In this document: positions 11,729-21,654 of the stretch, one piece after another
How positions within the stretch are numbered: the stretch's first letter is position 1
Layout of the letters: each line of letters starts with the position of its first letter
Assembly (NCBI GenBank): GCA_003707115.1
Contig: PPNB01000009.1
Coordinates: 248,001-312,000, forward strand
Direction of reading: 5' to 3'
Length of the DNA stretch: 64,000 nucleotides
From: Tortispora ganteri
Lineage: Eukaryota
Made by a program: the position numbers and the translations under genes
The notes under the pieces: model-generated
Told to the model about the DNA's origin: nothing
Database searches by the model: none
The model's input: only the letters and a program-made list of their open reading frames with translations

Positions 11729-12358
11729 TGACTTTAATCTTTTTGAAGATCTATTATCGGTATCATCTGAGACCGAATTATGATTTGGTTTTTGCTTTTT
11801 GGACTTTGATTTCGAAATCTTTTTTAGATCATGATGCATATTTTGAGATTTAAGAGTTTTCAATCTTTGCGTGAGTTCGTCAATGGTATGTGGATCTGAT
11901 TGATTGATTGGTATTATGTTGCTATCTAAATACTCTATATCACATTCTGGGCATTTAGAGGAATTGATATTTTTGAGTGCTGATAAAGCAAAGACATGAC
12001 CACAAGGTACGATGTAGGCGAATACCACAGATGAGTTATTTTGGATTTCCTTTCTGGATAAAGGACAAATCCACGTATCATCTGCTAATGATACTTGAAG
12101 TTTTATATAATCATGTCTTGATTTAAAAGGTTTTTCTTTCAAGAGTATTTTCTGAAGCACTGATTCGTAATCGTACAATCTACCAAGATGATCACTAACA
12201 ACTGAATCAGAGCGTAATGTTGTACCAGTTAAAGCACATTTCGTAAAAATATATAAATGTTCGTTATTTTTTTTCATAAATTTAGCAGAAGTAGTATCGA
12301 ATCCTACTTGTTTAACTAGTTCGCTACGATTAGGAATTGTACCGCCATCATTTCCCAT
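11699..12358 (-). CDS. RTF2: Rtf2 RING-like protein (replication termination factor 2, splicing-associated)
   Basis: Diagnostic N-terminus [16 protein letters not shown], plus [21 protein letters not shown] and KCPEC. Confidence 0.93.
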   Translation of the reverse strand: MGNDGGTIPNRSELVKQVGFDTTSAKFMKKNNEHLYIFTKCALTGTTLRSDSVVSDHLGRLYDYESVLQKILLKEKPFKSRHDYIKLQVSLADDTWICPLSRKEIQNNSSVVFAYIVPCGHVFALSALKNINSSKCPECDIEYLDSNIIPINQSDPHTIDELTQRLKTLKSQNMHHDLKKISKSKSKKQKPNHNSVSDDTDNRSSKRLKSSDIAITFGI

Positions 12359-12415
12359 GTTTGGTGTTTAAGGGAAGAACCAAGTGGTGGTAGTATATCT
12401 AACTTTTAACCCATT

Positions 12416-12949
12416 ATGGAGCCACCAGAAGTTGTATGTGAATTTTATGCAAAGATAGGGGCCTGTAGACATGGAAAAAATTGCACAAAGAAACATATTG
12501 ATCCACAAAAATCTAATACTATAGTTTGCATAGGACTAGCTAGGAAAAGACTTGAACAGCTGCAATCTCTGCCACAACAGAATCAAATAGAAGCCTATAA
12601 TGATATATTTGCAGATATATACCATGAAGTAGTGCAAATATCTCCTATAAGTAACATGTTGATATGTGAGAACCAAAGCGATCATTTAGCAGGAAACGTT
12701 TATTTACAATTTTATAATCCTCATGATGCAGAAAAAGTCGTTAACGGCTTGAATGCTAAATGGTACGATGGACGACCGGTATTTGCTCGATTAACACCAA
12801 TGAGGAGGCTTACAGATGCTATATGTGTTGAACATGATGAAAGTACGTGTTCTAGAGGTGGACAATGTAATTATATTCATAATAAGCATCCTTCTAAAGA
12901 TTTAGAAGTGGCTTTACATTTATATCGATCATCTTCTCATAATCACTGA
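12416..12949 (+). CDS. U2AF1: U2 auxiliary factor small subunit (U2AF35/U2AF23), divergent, no RS tail
   Basis: CCCH finger CEFYAKIGACRHGKNCTKKH, UHM with CENQSDHLAGNVY...WYDGRPV, second CCCH finger CSRGGQCNYIH. Confidence 0.92.
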   Translation: MEPPEVVCEFYAKIGACRHGKNCTKKHIDPQKSNTIVCIGLARKRLEQLQSLPQQNQIEAYNDIFADIYHEVVQISPISNMLICENQSDHLAGNVYLQFYNPHDAEKVVNGLNAKWYDGRPVFARLTPMRRLTDAICVEHDESTCSRGGQCNYIHNKHPSKDLEVALHLYRSSSHNH

Positions 12950-13018
12950 AGCGCAGCCGGCTTCCTGAATTTATCCCTTTGTGATTCCTTTTCTACAAAA
13001 AAGGTTTATACTGTGAAA

Positions 13019-13423
13019 TTAATCGGTGCTATTTACATCAGGAGCCCCGGACTTACCATACTGAATGTACTCTTTGACACGGTCAATGTAATATCTGGGA
13101 TCATGAGGGCCTTTCTCATATCCACTGTATGGGTTTTCCTTGTACGGTTCGACGCCTTTGAAAACGAAAGGTTGTAAAGCACTCATCCTCGAAGTAGGAG
13201 CCACAAAAGTTCTGACTTTATTCCAGTTAATTATATAACTTCCATGTTTTGTCCATCGACCTATTCCTCCTGATCCTGTTCCCTTATAGAAGTGTTCATT
13301 ACCATGTTTCGACGTCAAACGCCATCTCTTGTCTAATCGCTTTTGAAACCTATAGAAAGGGTGTTTAACTCTACCATAGTTTAACCATGGTCTCGATAGG
13401 CTTAATACACTACTGGGTTTCAT
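13019..13423 (-). CDS. MRPL27: Mitochondrial ribosomal protein mL41 (yeast Mrpl27)
   Basis: RLTSKHGNEHFYKGTGSGGIGRWTKHGSYIINWNKVRTFVAP signature. Confidence 0.92.
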   Translation of the reverse strand: MKPSSVLSLSRPWLNYGRVKHPFYRFQKRLDKRWRLTSKHGNEHFYKGTGSGGIGRWTKHGSYIINWNKVRTFVAPTSRMSALQPFVFKGVEPYKENPYSGYEKGPHDPRYYIDRVKEYIQYGKSGAPDVNSTD

Positions 13424-13875
13424 ACTGCGTGAGTTGGCTTAGCTTGTCTTTCACTAAACAAAGACCGGATTCACTATCGAATGATATAATGGATATATAC
13501 GCTCCGAGAGTCCGTCTTTCAAAAAAAAGTCCCCAGATATGTAGTCTCCATAGCAACAGAATCATCATTTTACCACCATAAGACAGATCTTCTTTTCACT
13601 AAAGAACGCAACATTTGGGCTATTAACTTTTATAAATAAATACAATTATCTTTTAAATATCTAGAATCTATATAACATTAATTTTGGATATCTCATGTTT
13701 AAAATAACGTAGTTTCTTGATCAAAAGGGCTCTCTTTCTTAGTTGACGACACACCGCGTTTCTTGGGAACTAATCTCAACACATAATACATACACATCAA
13801 ACACCTCCCCTTCGAGGAACTTTATAGTCTGCACGTCATTTACTTTTCTCATTTTCCACCTATAACCATTCGGTT

Positions 13876-16293
13876 ATGTTTGAAGATTGGGCTCTGACAG
13901 GGTTTGATCCTGTAATTGAGTCTGCTACACGTTTGAGAGCTCCTTCATTTCATTCAACACAGCCCAAAAGGAGAACTAGGACTCAATCTCTGATTCAGGA
14001 CGTCGCCTACGATAGAGTGTCAACATCTCACATTTCAGTGATTAATGCATCCTTTGACGCAATATTTGGTGATTCATATAAAAGCAGTACAAATGCTCTT
14101 GTTATTGACTCTATTACTTTATCTAACCAAGATTCAGTTTTAGAGAAACCCCCTTCAACTTCAGGTCCTTCCACTGAACTTCATTTGACATACCCGTTCA
14201 GTCGAACCGACATGCTGAAATTGTACTTAAAGGACTTAGATATAGATACAGAATTATTATGCAATCAAAATGATTGTATGATAGATACTTTAAGACCAGC
14301 TGTTGCGTATAGAGATGGAATATCATCTGTTTTAGCAGGTGTTAATAGAGTCTCAGCAATGGACGATGAATGTATATCCTTGCTGGCTGATGCCAAAGGG
14401 TCCTTGAAAAATGTTTTAACCCAAACAAAGGCTATCGATTCGTCATACAATCAAGTAATAAATGAAATTGAACTCCTTGAGAAAAAGAAAACTGAAATAT
14501 CTCGTGGCTTAACTCGCCTGTCAAGTCTGAATACCATTGTTTCTATTTTGAACGCTCCTCCTGCTAACTTTGTGAAGAGTACGCGATTTGTGGAAATAGT
14601 AGACGATATTGCAGCCAGTCTGCGCTTTTTTACACAATTTCCTAATTTTAGAGATGCCGATATGTATCGACTGCGTTTCTCTCAATGCATGATAAGATCT
14701 TTGACTTTGGTTAGAGTCTATACTACAAAGTATTTTAAACAGGCTTATCAGACTGCTAATCAGTCAATATCTGCAGCGAAGGACACGGCTATATCTGTTA
14801 TTATCTCTCAAACAATTCTACCGTTTGAATTGGATGCCGTCCTGATTAAAGAAAGAATATTAAAAGTTCGCCAATGTGCCGACTTTGATAAAAGCTATCA
14901 AGATATATACCATGAGATTATGAATACTTATTTTGATATCCGAAAGTCTCTATTACTTCCTATGCTTACAAAGGAGATAAACAGGCTAAAATCTGAGCTA
15001 CCAGATCTTATTGAATTTGTGAGAGAGCTATTGTCTCTTTACCATGGAGTATGTGATGACGAGATGTCACTGTTTAACCAATTGTTTCAAGGCTCGGAAT
15101 CATATTTTTATGACTACCTCCAAGCTTTATCCTCTCCTTTGAATGAATCATTACGCTATAAGGTTCTTCATGAACCGAATATCGATGTACTTTGCGAATT
15201 ATGTCGTTTGCTACAATCTCATGATTCACGCGATAATAGATTCATTGATATGGCTGCTTCCTCGAAGGAAGATGTCGGATCTGTTGACTTTTCTTATATT
15301 ACTTTGCCAACACTGCAAGATGTCCAAAGCCGCTTGATTTTCAGAACGATGACATTCATGGATCGTGATATTCTTCGGTACCATGTTAAGTCTGAAGATG
15401 TCAGACTTTCTGGAGTCAGCAATTTGAAGCCTGATGGGGACGATTCCCCTACTGATCAATCAAACCCTGAAGGAGTTTCAATTTCACTTCATGGAGCCTA
15501 TCCCCCTCTGCGCCGTGCAGTACATGTGCTTTCTCAGATTTATATGCTAGTAGATTCTGTGGTTTTTGATGACCTTGCGCACCAAATTGTGCATATCTGC
15601 ATAGAGTCTTTATTGAAAGCATCAGTAATTTCACAAAAGATTGACGGAAAAGAGCAGTCATATTTATTTATTATAAAGCATCTTTTAATCTTAAAAGATC
15701 AGATTGTTGCCTTTGATATTTCGACTGTTCGTCCTGAGTCTGATTTGGATTTCAGTGAAATCGCCATGACTTTCCAGGAAATTATGCAGTCTGGTGGATT
15801 TTTCACTGCAGAAGGGCTAAAAAGATTGGCTCGAAGCGGTATTCCGAAACTTGTTAAAAACATGCCCGATGCCAGACTTGAGCTTGATGGAAGATTGCGA
15901 GAAACTATCAACAATTATACCGACGCTATTTCAGAACGACTTTGCCAGCCATTGAAAATGGCGCTCTCTAAACAGAGTAGCATTGAGAGTATTTCTAACA
16001 GCTTAATCAGAATGAGGTCTATTGTGCAGGACTGCATCCCTGAAGTCAAGATGGATATCTACAACGCTATCAAGAATGATAGAGTAACTGCGATTTTGGT
16101 GGAAGCGGTTGAAGACTGCATTGAAGACAAATATGAGATCTTTTACAAACAATGTCAAGAACTAGGCCTTACATGCGAAGAGCTATGGTCTGGGGATGAA
16201 TTGATGGTATGGTTACATGGACTAGTTCCAATTGATGCCGACGATGATGAGTATAACGTTTCTGATAGTGACGACATGCAAGAGGGAAACTAA
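13876..16293 (+). CDS. COG3: COG complex subunit 3 (Sec34)
   Basis: FRDADMYRLRFSQCMIRSLTL, LQDVQSRLIFR, YPPLRRAVHVLSQIY, FDDLAHQIVH and FIIKHLLILKDQI. Confidence 0.93.
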   Translation: MFEDWALTGFDPVIESATRLRAPSFHSTQPKRRTRTQSLIQDVAYDRVSTSHISVINASFDAIFGDSYKSSTNALVIDSITLSNQDSVLEKPPSTSGPSTELHLTYPFSRTDMLKLYLKDLDIDTELLCNQNDCMIDTLRPAVAYRDGISSVLAGVNRVSAMDDECISLLADAKGSLKNVLTQTKAIDSSYNQVINEIELLEKKKTEISRGLTRLSSLNTIVSILNAPPANFVKSTRFVEIVDDIAASLRFFTQFPNFRDADMYRLRFSQCMIRSLTLVRVYTTKYFKQAYQTANQSISAAKDTAISVIISQTILPFELDAVLIKERILKVRQCADFDKSYQDIYHEIMNTYFDIRKSLLLPMLTKEINRLKSELPDLIEFVRELLSLYHGVCDDEMSLFNQLFQGSESYFYDYLQALSSPLNESLRYKVLHEPNIDVLCELCRLLQSHDSRDNRFIDMAASSKEDVGSVDFSYITLPTLQDVQSRLIFRTMTFMDRDILRYHVKSEDVRLSGVSNLKPDGDDSPTDQSNPEGVSISLHGAYPPLRRAVHVLSQIYMLVDSVVFDDLAHQIVHICIESLLKASVISQKIDGKEQSYLFIIKHLLILKDQIVAFDISTVRPESDLDFSEIAMTFQEIMQSGGFFTAEGLKRLARSGIPKLVKNMPDARLELDGRLRETINNYTDAISERLCQPLKMALSKQSSIESISNSLIRMRSIVQDCIPEVKMDIYNAIKNDRVTAILVEAVEDCIEDKYEIFYKQCQELGLTCEELWSGDELMVWLHGLVPIDADDDEYNVSDSDDMQEGN

Positions 16294-16391
16294 TAAATAA
16301 GGAGAATCTGGTTTGGCAAATTTTATGATGATTTTGTTTAACTCCTTTTTTGGATCAAAAAGAGGAGAAGAATTTAACAGAAGCATTATGG

Positions 16392-16736
16392 TTATGGTTT
16401 GATAAAATCCGGAGGCAGCGATCGCGGAATAGGAGCATGCAATGATGAGGAAGCCGCACTGCTAATAGATGCAGCGTCATCTCTATCTTGCATCTTGGAA
16501 AAATGTGAAAAATCTTGGTTCTCATTAGAATTGTAAGGGCTTAGTAAGCTCGTTTTGAATTTGCGACCAGCTATGCCGTCCTTAACTGCTATCGTTGATA
16601 CTTGTGACATCACTGATGCTTGCGAAGATGGCCTGCTAGAAGGAATAAGTAACGGCGATCTGCTTCTTTCTGTAGAAGGGGATCTGCTGCTATTTCCAGG
16701 ACTATCTAATGTTTTACTAACTTGAACAACCGTCAT
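16392..16736 (-). CDS. Small Ser-rich hypothetical protein (114 aa from ATG 16736)
   Basis: Isolated ORF in an otherwise empty interval, with phosphoprotein-like composition (RSPS, RSRSP, RPSSQAS). No family recognised. Confidence 0.6.
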   Translation of the reverse strand: MTVVQVSKTLDSPGNSSRSPSTERSRSPLLIPSSRPSSQASVMSQVSTIAVKDGIAGRKFKTSLLSPYNSNENQDFSHFSKMQDRDDAASISSAASSSLHAPIPRSLPPDFIKP

Positions 16737-17028
16737 TGCGTTGATCACAGATTATAAATGCTGATATCTGAAGTTGAAACGTGCGTGATTGTTGTTAGGA
16801 GATCTTGATTCTGCCCCAGAACTTTAATTCTTGCTGTACCTCTTTTAGTATTGCTGAAATTAATGGACTCGCATTTGATTAGGGGGTATTGCACTTGTTT
16901 ACAAATAAATCATAATGGCAAATACTACTGATTAAACTTTTCTGCACATATTGAATTATTCATAATAGAGCAGCTCGTATGGTTGGAGTTTTTTTCGCTG
17001 CGATTGTGATACCCTATGAGGTAATATG

Positions 17029-17036
17029 TTACCCGG
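17029..17036 (+). promoter_or_regulatory. Reb1-type site TTACCCGG in the divergent promoter upstream of SHM2
   Basis: Exact consensus, with the same flanks as the site at 9222. Confidence 0.55.
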
Positions 17037-17435
17037 CTTACAAAGTTTCCATCAACCTATTTAGCTGGCTTTTAGATGCTACATGAAAGCCTTAGCCGCT
17101 AGAGTTGAAGGCGTTATTGGCGTATAAAAGATAAAACACTGTACTATTAGCCATCTAATTAGCGTAGCAGTTATGGTTCACATAGACTAATGCAAAAATA
17201 TTAGACCAGTTGAATTCCTGAATCACACTCTGATTGGTCGATTATAAATTTTAAATTATTGCCTAATAAGGAAGTGGGGGAAAAAAAATTCTGCCGCAAA
17301 AAGTCAAAAAGGTGAAAAAATCAAATATTTAAAACGACCAGCTGGTTTTTTTGCTTTCTTATATTTTGCTTTCAATTTGCTATTTTATATAAGAGCTGTT
17401 CAGTTTCACTAAAATAGCTCTCTTAAACAACAAAA

Positions 17436-18845
17436 ATGTCGTACGCTTTGCCTGCCTCTCACCGCGAACTTACCGAATTGCCTTTGGAGCAATTGGACCC
17501 AGATGTAGCTGGTATCATGAAAGACGAAATCCAGCGTCAACGTGAGTCCATTGTCCTCATCGCATCTGAGAATTTTACTACCAGATCTGTCTTTGATGCT
17601 CTTGGATCACCTATGTGTAACAAATACTCCGAGGGATATCCGGGTGCCCGATATTACGGTGGAAACCAGCACATCGACAGAATTGAGCGTTTGTGTCAAG
17701 AACGTGCCCTTGCTACCTTCAATTTAACGCCTGACAAATGGGGTGTCAATGTTCAGACACTTTCCGGCTCTCCTGCTAACCTCCAGGTTTACCAGGCTTT
17801 GATGCCCGTCCATGGCCGCCTTATGGGACTTGACTTGCCTCATGGTGGTCACTTATCACACGGCTATCAAACTGATACCAGAAAGATTTCGGCTGTCTCT
17901 ACTTATTTCGAAACTATGCCTTACCGTGTAGACCTTGAAACCGGAATCATTGACTATGATACCCTTGAGAAGAACGCCGTCTTGTTCCGTCCTAAGATCC
18001 TTGTTGCCGGAACTTCCGCTTACTGCCGATTGATTGATTACAAACGTATGCGTGAGATTGCCGATAAAGTTGGTGCTTACCTAGTTGTTGATATGGCTCA
18101 CATCTCTGGTTTGATTGCTGCTGGCGTTATTCCCTCGCCCTTCGAATACGCTGATGTTGTTACGACTACCACGCACAAGTCTCTCCGTGGTCCTCGTGGT
18201 GCCATGATCTTCTTCCGTCGCGGCGTGCGCTCTACTAATCCTAAGACCGGTGAACCAATCTATTACGACATCGAGGATAAGATAAATTTCTCAGTTTTTC
18301 CTGGACACCAAGGAGGTCCTCACAACCACACCATCACAGCTCTGGCTGTTGCTCTCAAGCAAGCACAGACCGCTGAGTTTAAAGTCTACCAGGAACAAGT
18401 ACTTAAAAATGCTAAGATCTTAGAGCAGGAATTCCTCAAGCGTGGATATCGTTTGGTCTCTAATGGTACTGACTCTCACATGGTTTTAGTCAGTCTCCGC
18501 GAAAAAGGCGTCGACGGTGCTCGCGTTGAGTCCGTTTGTGAGAATATTAACATCGCATTGAACAAGAACTCTATCCCCGGAGATAAGAGTGCATTAGTTC
18601 CCGGTGGTATCCGTATTGGTGCTCCTGCCATGACTACTCGTGGATTGGGTGAAGCTGATTTTGCTCGCGTTGTGGAGTACATTGACCGAGCTGTCCAGTA
18701 CGCTGCTGTTGTTCAAAAGAGCTTACCCGCTGGCTCCAATAAATTGAAAGACTTCAAGGCAGTTATTGAGAACGGTTCTGATGAGCTATCTTCACTTAAG
18801 GCTGAGATTGCTCAATGGGCTGCCACTTTCCCTCTTGCTGTTTAA
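17436..18845 (+). CDS. SHM2: Cytosolic serine hydroxymethyltransferase
   Basis: [28 protein letters not shown] and PLP lysine motif [13 protein letters not shown]. No mitochondrial presequence; strong codon bias. Confidence 0.97.
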   Translation: MSYALPASHRELTELPLEQLDPDVAGIMKDEIQRQRESIVLIASENFTTRSVFDALGSPMCNKYSEGYPGARYYGGNQHIDRIERLCQERALATFNLTPDKWGVNVQTLSGSPANLQVYQALMPVHGRLMGLDLPHGGHLSHGYQTDTRKISAVSTYFETMPYRVDLETGIIDYDTLEKNAVLFRPKILVAGTSAYCRLIDYKRMREIADKVGAYLVVDMAHISGLIAAGVIPSPFEYADVVTTTTHKSLRGPRGAMIFFRRGVRSTNPKTGEPIYYDIEDKINFSVFPGHQGGPHNHTITALAVALKQAQTAEFKVYQEQVLKNAKILEQEFLKRGYRLVSNGTDSHMVLVSLREKGVDGARVESVCENINIALNKNSIPGDKSALVPGGIRIGAPAMTTRGLGEADFARVVEYIDRAVQYAAVVQKSLPAGSNKLKDFKAVIENGSDELSSLKAEIAQWAATFPLAV

Positions 18846-18963
18846 GACGGCGAAATATGATGAAACACTGAATCAACCTAAAAAACAGAATACATGATGC
18901 AAAGTCTCATTCAACCGATACAAAGCGTCGATTATTTATAATAAACCTCAATTTAATGTATAA

Positions 18964-18992
18964 TTTTTTTTATTTTTTATTTTTTTTTTTTT
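18964..18992 (+). repeat. Poly(dT) tract (27 of 29 bases T)
   Basis: Direct reading. It lies between the SHM2 3' end and the next promoter. Confidence 0.9.
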
Positions 18993-19356
18993 GGCTGTAC
19001 TCCAATGTGTAAGCAAACGACTGTGTATGTTAAATTTGGTAGTAGGTCAACATGCTCGTCACTCTTTTCTTCTTTCGTTGAGTTAATGAATATATAATAA
19101 TACAGCTTGAATAATCGACCTTGGTATAGTAATTGAATCTCAACTGCAATATTGCGCCTGGCATGTGATCGAGAATAGTGCTGTAATCTCCGTAGGCTTG
19201 AAGTCAAAAAGCGTCTTTATTCGTCAGGCTTACGAATATCCTCTTCCCTTGTATCTACGAGCAAATAACCCTCCACTCTTAGATTTTACCACTCTTTTGC
19301 AATAATCTGCGAGTTATTTTTAATCTTGTTACATTTTGAAAGGTCCTAATTATATA

Positions 19357-20037
19357 ATGAAATATTTATTTTTTGGTGTGAGTAAAGGTTCATGTGCATA
19401 CCATGCAGCAATGCTTGAAGCTGCCAGTGGAGCCCAAATAGTGGCGATGTCTCGACGTAAGCCATTGCTAGACGATGATGAGGAATTTATGAATTCTGGA
19501 AATATCACTGTTATCCAGGGAGATGCTCTTGTTGAAGAGGATGTTAAAAACGTCTACAATATGGGACCTTGGGATGCTCTTGTAATTGGTATCGGTGCTG
19601 CACCTAAATTTACTCTCAAAGGGATGAAAATGGATCCAATCAATGTTTGTGGACGTAGCATGAAAGTTATTACTGATGTCATGCAATCTTCTGACATTAA
19701 ATGTAATAAGATTGTAATTGTATCTGCTCAAGGAGCAGGCGACAGTTATCAATACGGACCTTGGCTCTCTAAATTATTCCACTCATATCTTATCAACGCT
19801 GCGTTGAAAGATAAACTGGTATTCGAAAATATAACTAAAGATTATGCTAAAAAAATGAACATTCCATATGTTATACTCCGCCCTGCTTTGCTTACTTCTT
19901 CTTCTGTGTCTAAACCATACAGAATTGCTCCGGATCTTCATACTTGGTCTATTAGCAGACTCGATACTGGTAAAGCTATAGTAACTTGTCTTGACACATC
20001 TGATCATGATAATACAGCGGTTATCGTTGGATACTGA
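19357..20037 (+). CDS. NAD(P)-binding Rossmann-fold protein (flavin/biliverdin reductase-like atypical SDR)
   Basis: N-terminal Gly motif FFGVSKG, IQGDAL, IVIVSAQGAGDS, VILRPALL and ISRLDTG. First ATG is at 19357. Confidence 0.8.
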   Translation: MKYLFFGVSKGSCAYHAAMLEAASGAQIVAMSRRKPLLDDDEEFMNSGNITVIQGDALVEEDVKNVYNMGPWDALVIGIGAAPKFTLKGMKMDPINVCGRSMKVITDVMQSSDIKCNKIVIVSAQGAGDSYQYGPWLSKLFHSYLINAALKDKLVFENITKDYAKKMNIPYVILRPALLTSSSVSKPYRIAPDLHTWSISRLDTGKAIVTCLDTSDHDNTAVIVGY

Positions 20038-20153
20038 TATGTCTTGTTTGCCTTGCACCATAATGTATTAATTAATATGAAAATCTCTAATTGTCCAAGC
20101 AAAACTGAACAAGAAAAAAAAACCAAAGATATCTGATCGTAGATTCCGCTTCC

Positions 20154-21506
20154 TTATTTCCTTCGTGGTCTTCCTATTGGGCGTTGAGTATATGCAGGTT
20201 TAGCAATAGGAACAGTACCGTTCACTGAAGTTTGAACAATAGGTATGAGCGTAGATATTCCATCACGGAGCTCTCCTGGAGGTACAATGTCAATCAACCT
20301 TAATAAGGAGCGCTTTATTTGGACGGCAAGCTTTAACTCCCTTTTGCTTATCGGAGATTTGGTTTGAAATCTTTCAAACTGTTCCTTTTCTAAATCCAAT
20401 AGCATCTGAGATATTTCTTGCAAAGAAGCAATATGCTCAGGATCATAATCTTCATCTTCTTCTACCACCATTTCAGGATTCCATTCCATGAGTAACTCTT
20501 CATCTATTTCCGTAGGTTGTTCCGCAGTTATTTCTCCAAAGCCATTATTGATGCCATTTGCTGAAGCAACGTGAGATGAATTTCCATTCAACTGCGCCAA
20601 TTCTTTGTCATCGTCTTGTTCTATCTTAGCAGGTTGAGCAGCATCGGGCAGGACTTCGTCATCTTTTCCAGCAGACTCCTTATTTTTTGAGCCATCTGCT
20701 ACTTGATCAGGTTCAGTGGACTTTGCCCTTAGCCTCTCAAGCTTTTTAAGCATTTTTGGCAAACCTATGGATTCGTACCATACACTGGCAACGGTATCTG
20801 ATTCATATATAGCCATGGTTTCGTCGGAAGTAGGAGCAAAACTGGAATAAACATCACGTTTCATCCATTGACCAGTAGGGACGCGCATATTTAGAGGATG
20901 ACCATATGGATTAGGATTAGGTGGCGGAGCAAAAACAGGTCCTGCAACATACTCGACCATAGTTTCAGTAGACGCGTTGCTAAATGTCGGAAGAATAGAA
21001 GTTCTCGTAAAGGGAGGAGGGTCAGATATGTCGCGAGTATCAAGTTTCGATCGTCTTAAGATACTTGAAAACAGCGGGCCATTTTTACCAATTGTAACTA
21101 AAGACTGTGAAAATCCTTTGCGACCAGACATATCAACAAGGTCTTCTTTGAATAATTCGTTCATATCGCTGGGTAGTGGTTCGGGCTCTTCGTCGAGAGG
21201 ATTCCATTCAATACCCGGTTTGGGCACAATCGATGAAGCTATTACATAATGGGCATAATTAAAAAAGTTGTCAATTTTCCAGTATATTTCTGAATCAACA
21301 GCTTCTTCAGAAATCAATGCTGAAGAGACGTCTTGCAAATCCTGTTCAAATTCGGACAAATCTTGGTACAACTCTTTTGCAACTTTACCACTGACTGATA
21401 TGGGTCGTCCTCTAGTTTCACATCTGGGAGCGTTTAATACCAGTTTCGCTACTTCATGATTCTCTAGGATACTTAATATATCTGATATCTCTTTTTGCTG
21501 GCTCAT
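20154..21506 (-). CDS. Probable RSC chromatin-remodelling subunit, Rsc58-like
   Basis: GPLFSS and YSSFAPTSD...SVWY motifs resemble fungal Rsc58 (from memory). Basic C-terminus GRPRRK; first ATG at 21506. Confidence 0.6.
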   Translation of the reverse strand: MSQQKEISDILSILENHEVAKLVLNAPRCETRGRPISVSGKVAKELYQDLSEFEQDLQDVSSALISEEAVDSEIYWKIDNFFNYAHYVIASSIVPKPGIEWNPLDEEPEPLPSDMNELFKEDLVDMSGRKGFSQSLVTIGKNGPLFSSILRRSKLDTRDISDPPPFTRTSILPTFSNASTETMVEYVAGPVFAPPPNPNPYGHPLNMRVPTGQWMKRDVYSSFAPTSDETMAIYESDTVASVWYESIGLPKMLKKLERLRAKSTEPDQVADGSKNKESAGKDDEVLPDAAQPAKIEQDDDKELAQLNGNSSHVASANGINNGFGEITAEQPTEIDEELLMEWNPEMVVEEDEDYDPEHIASLQEISQMLLDLEKEQFERFQTKSPISKRELKLAVQIKRSLLRLIDIVPPGELRDGISTLIPIVQTSVNGTVPIAKPAYTQRPIGRPRRK

Positions 21507-21654
21507 TATTAATTTGGTTCTCACAAAGTATGGTGGCAGGTAAAAAGTAAGGTTTAAGGGTTACCATGGTGGGATAAATAGTACACAAATATTGAATAAA
21601 ATATGTAAAAGAGTGACATAAAAAAAGCGAAAATTCCGCAGTATGTTTTTCTTT

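Noticed and set aside
18342..18344. Possible CUG codon reassignment (Ser or Ala clades)
   Set aside because: CTG encodes conserved Leu in SHM2 (ITALAVAL, 18342-18344) and MCM7 (DEALRL, 11372-11374), which fits the standard code. Only two sites were checked.
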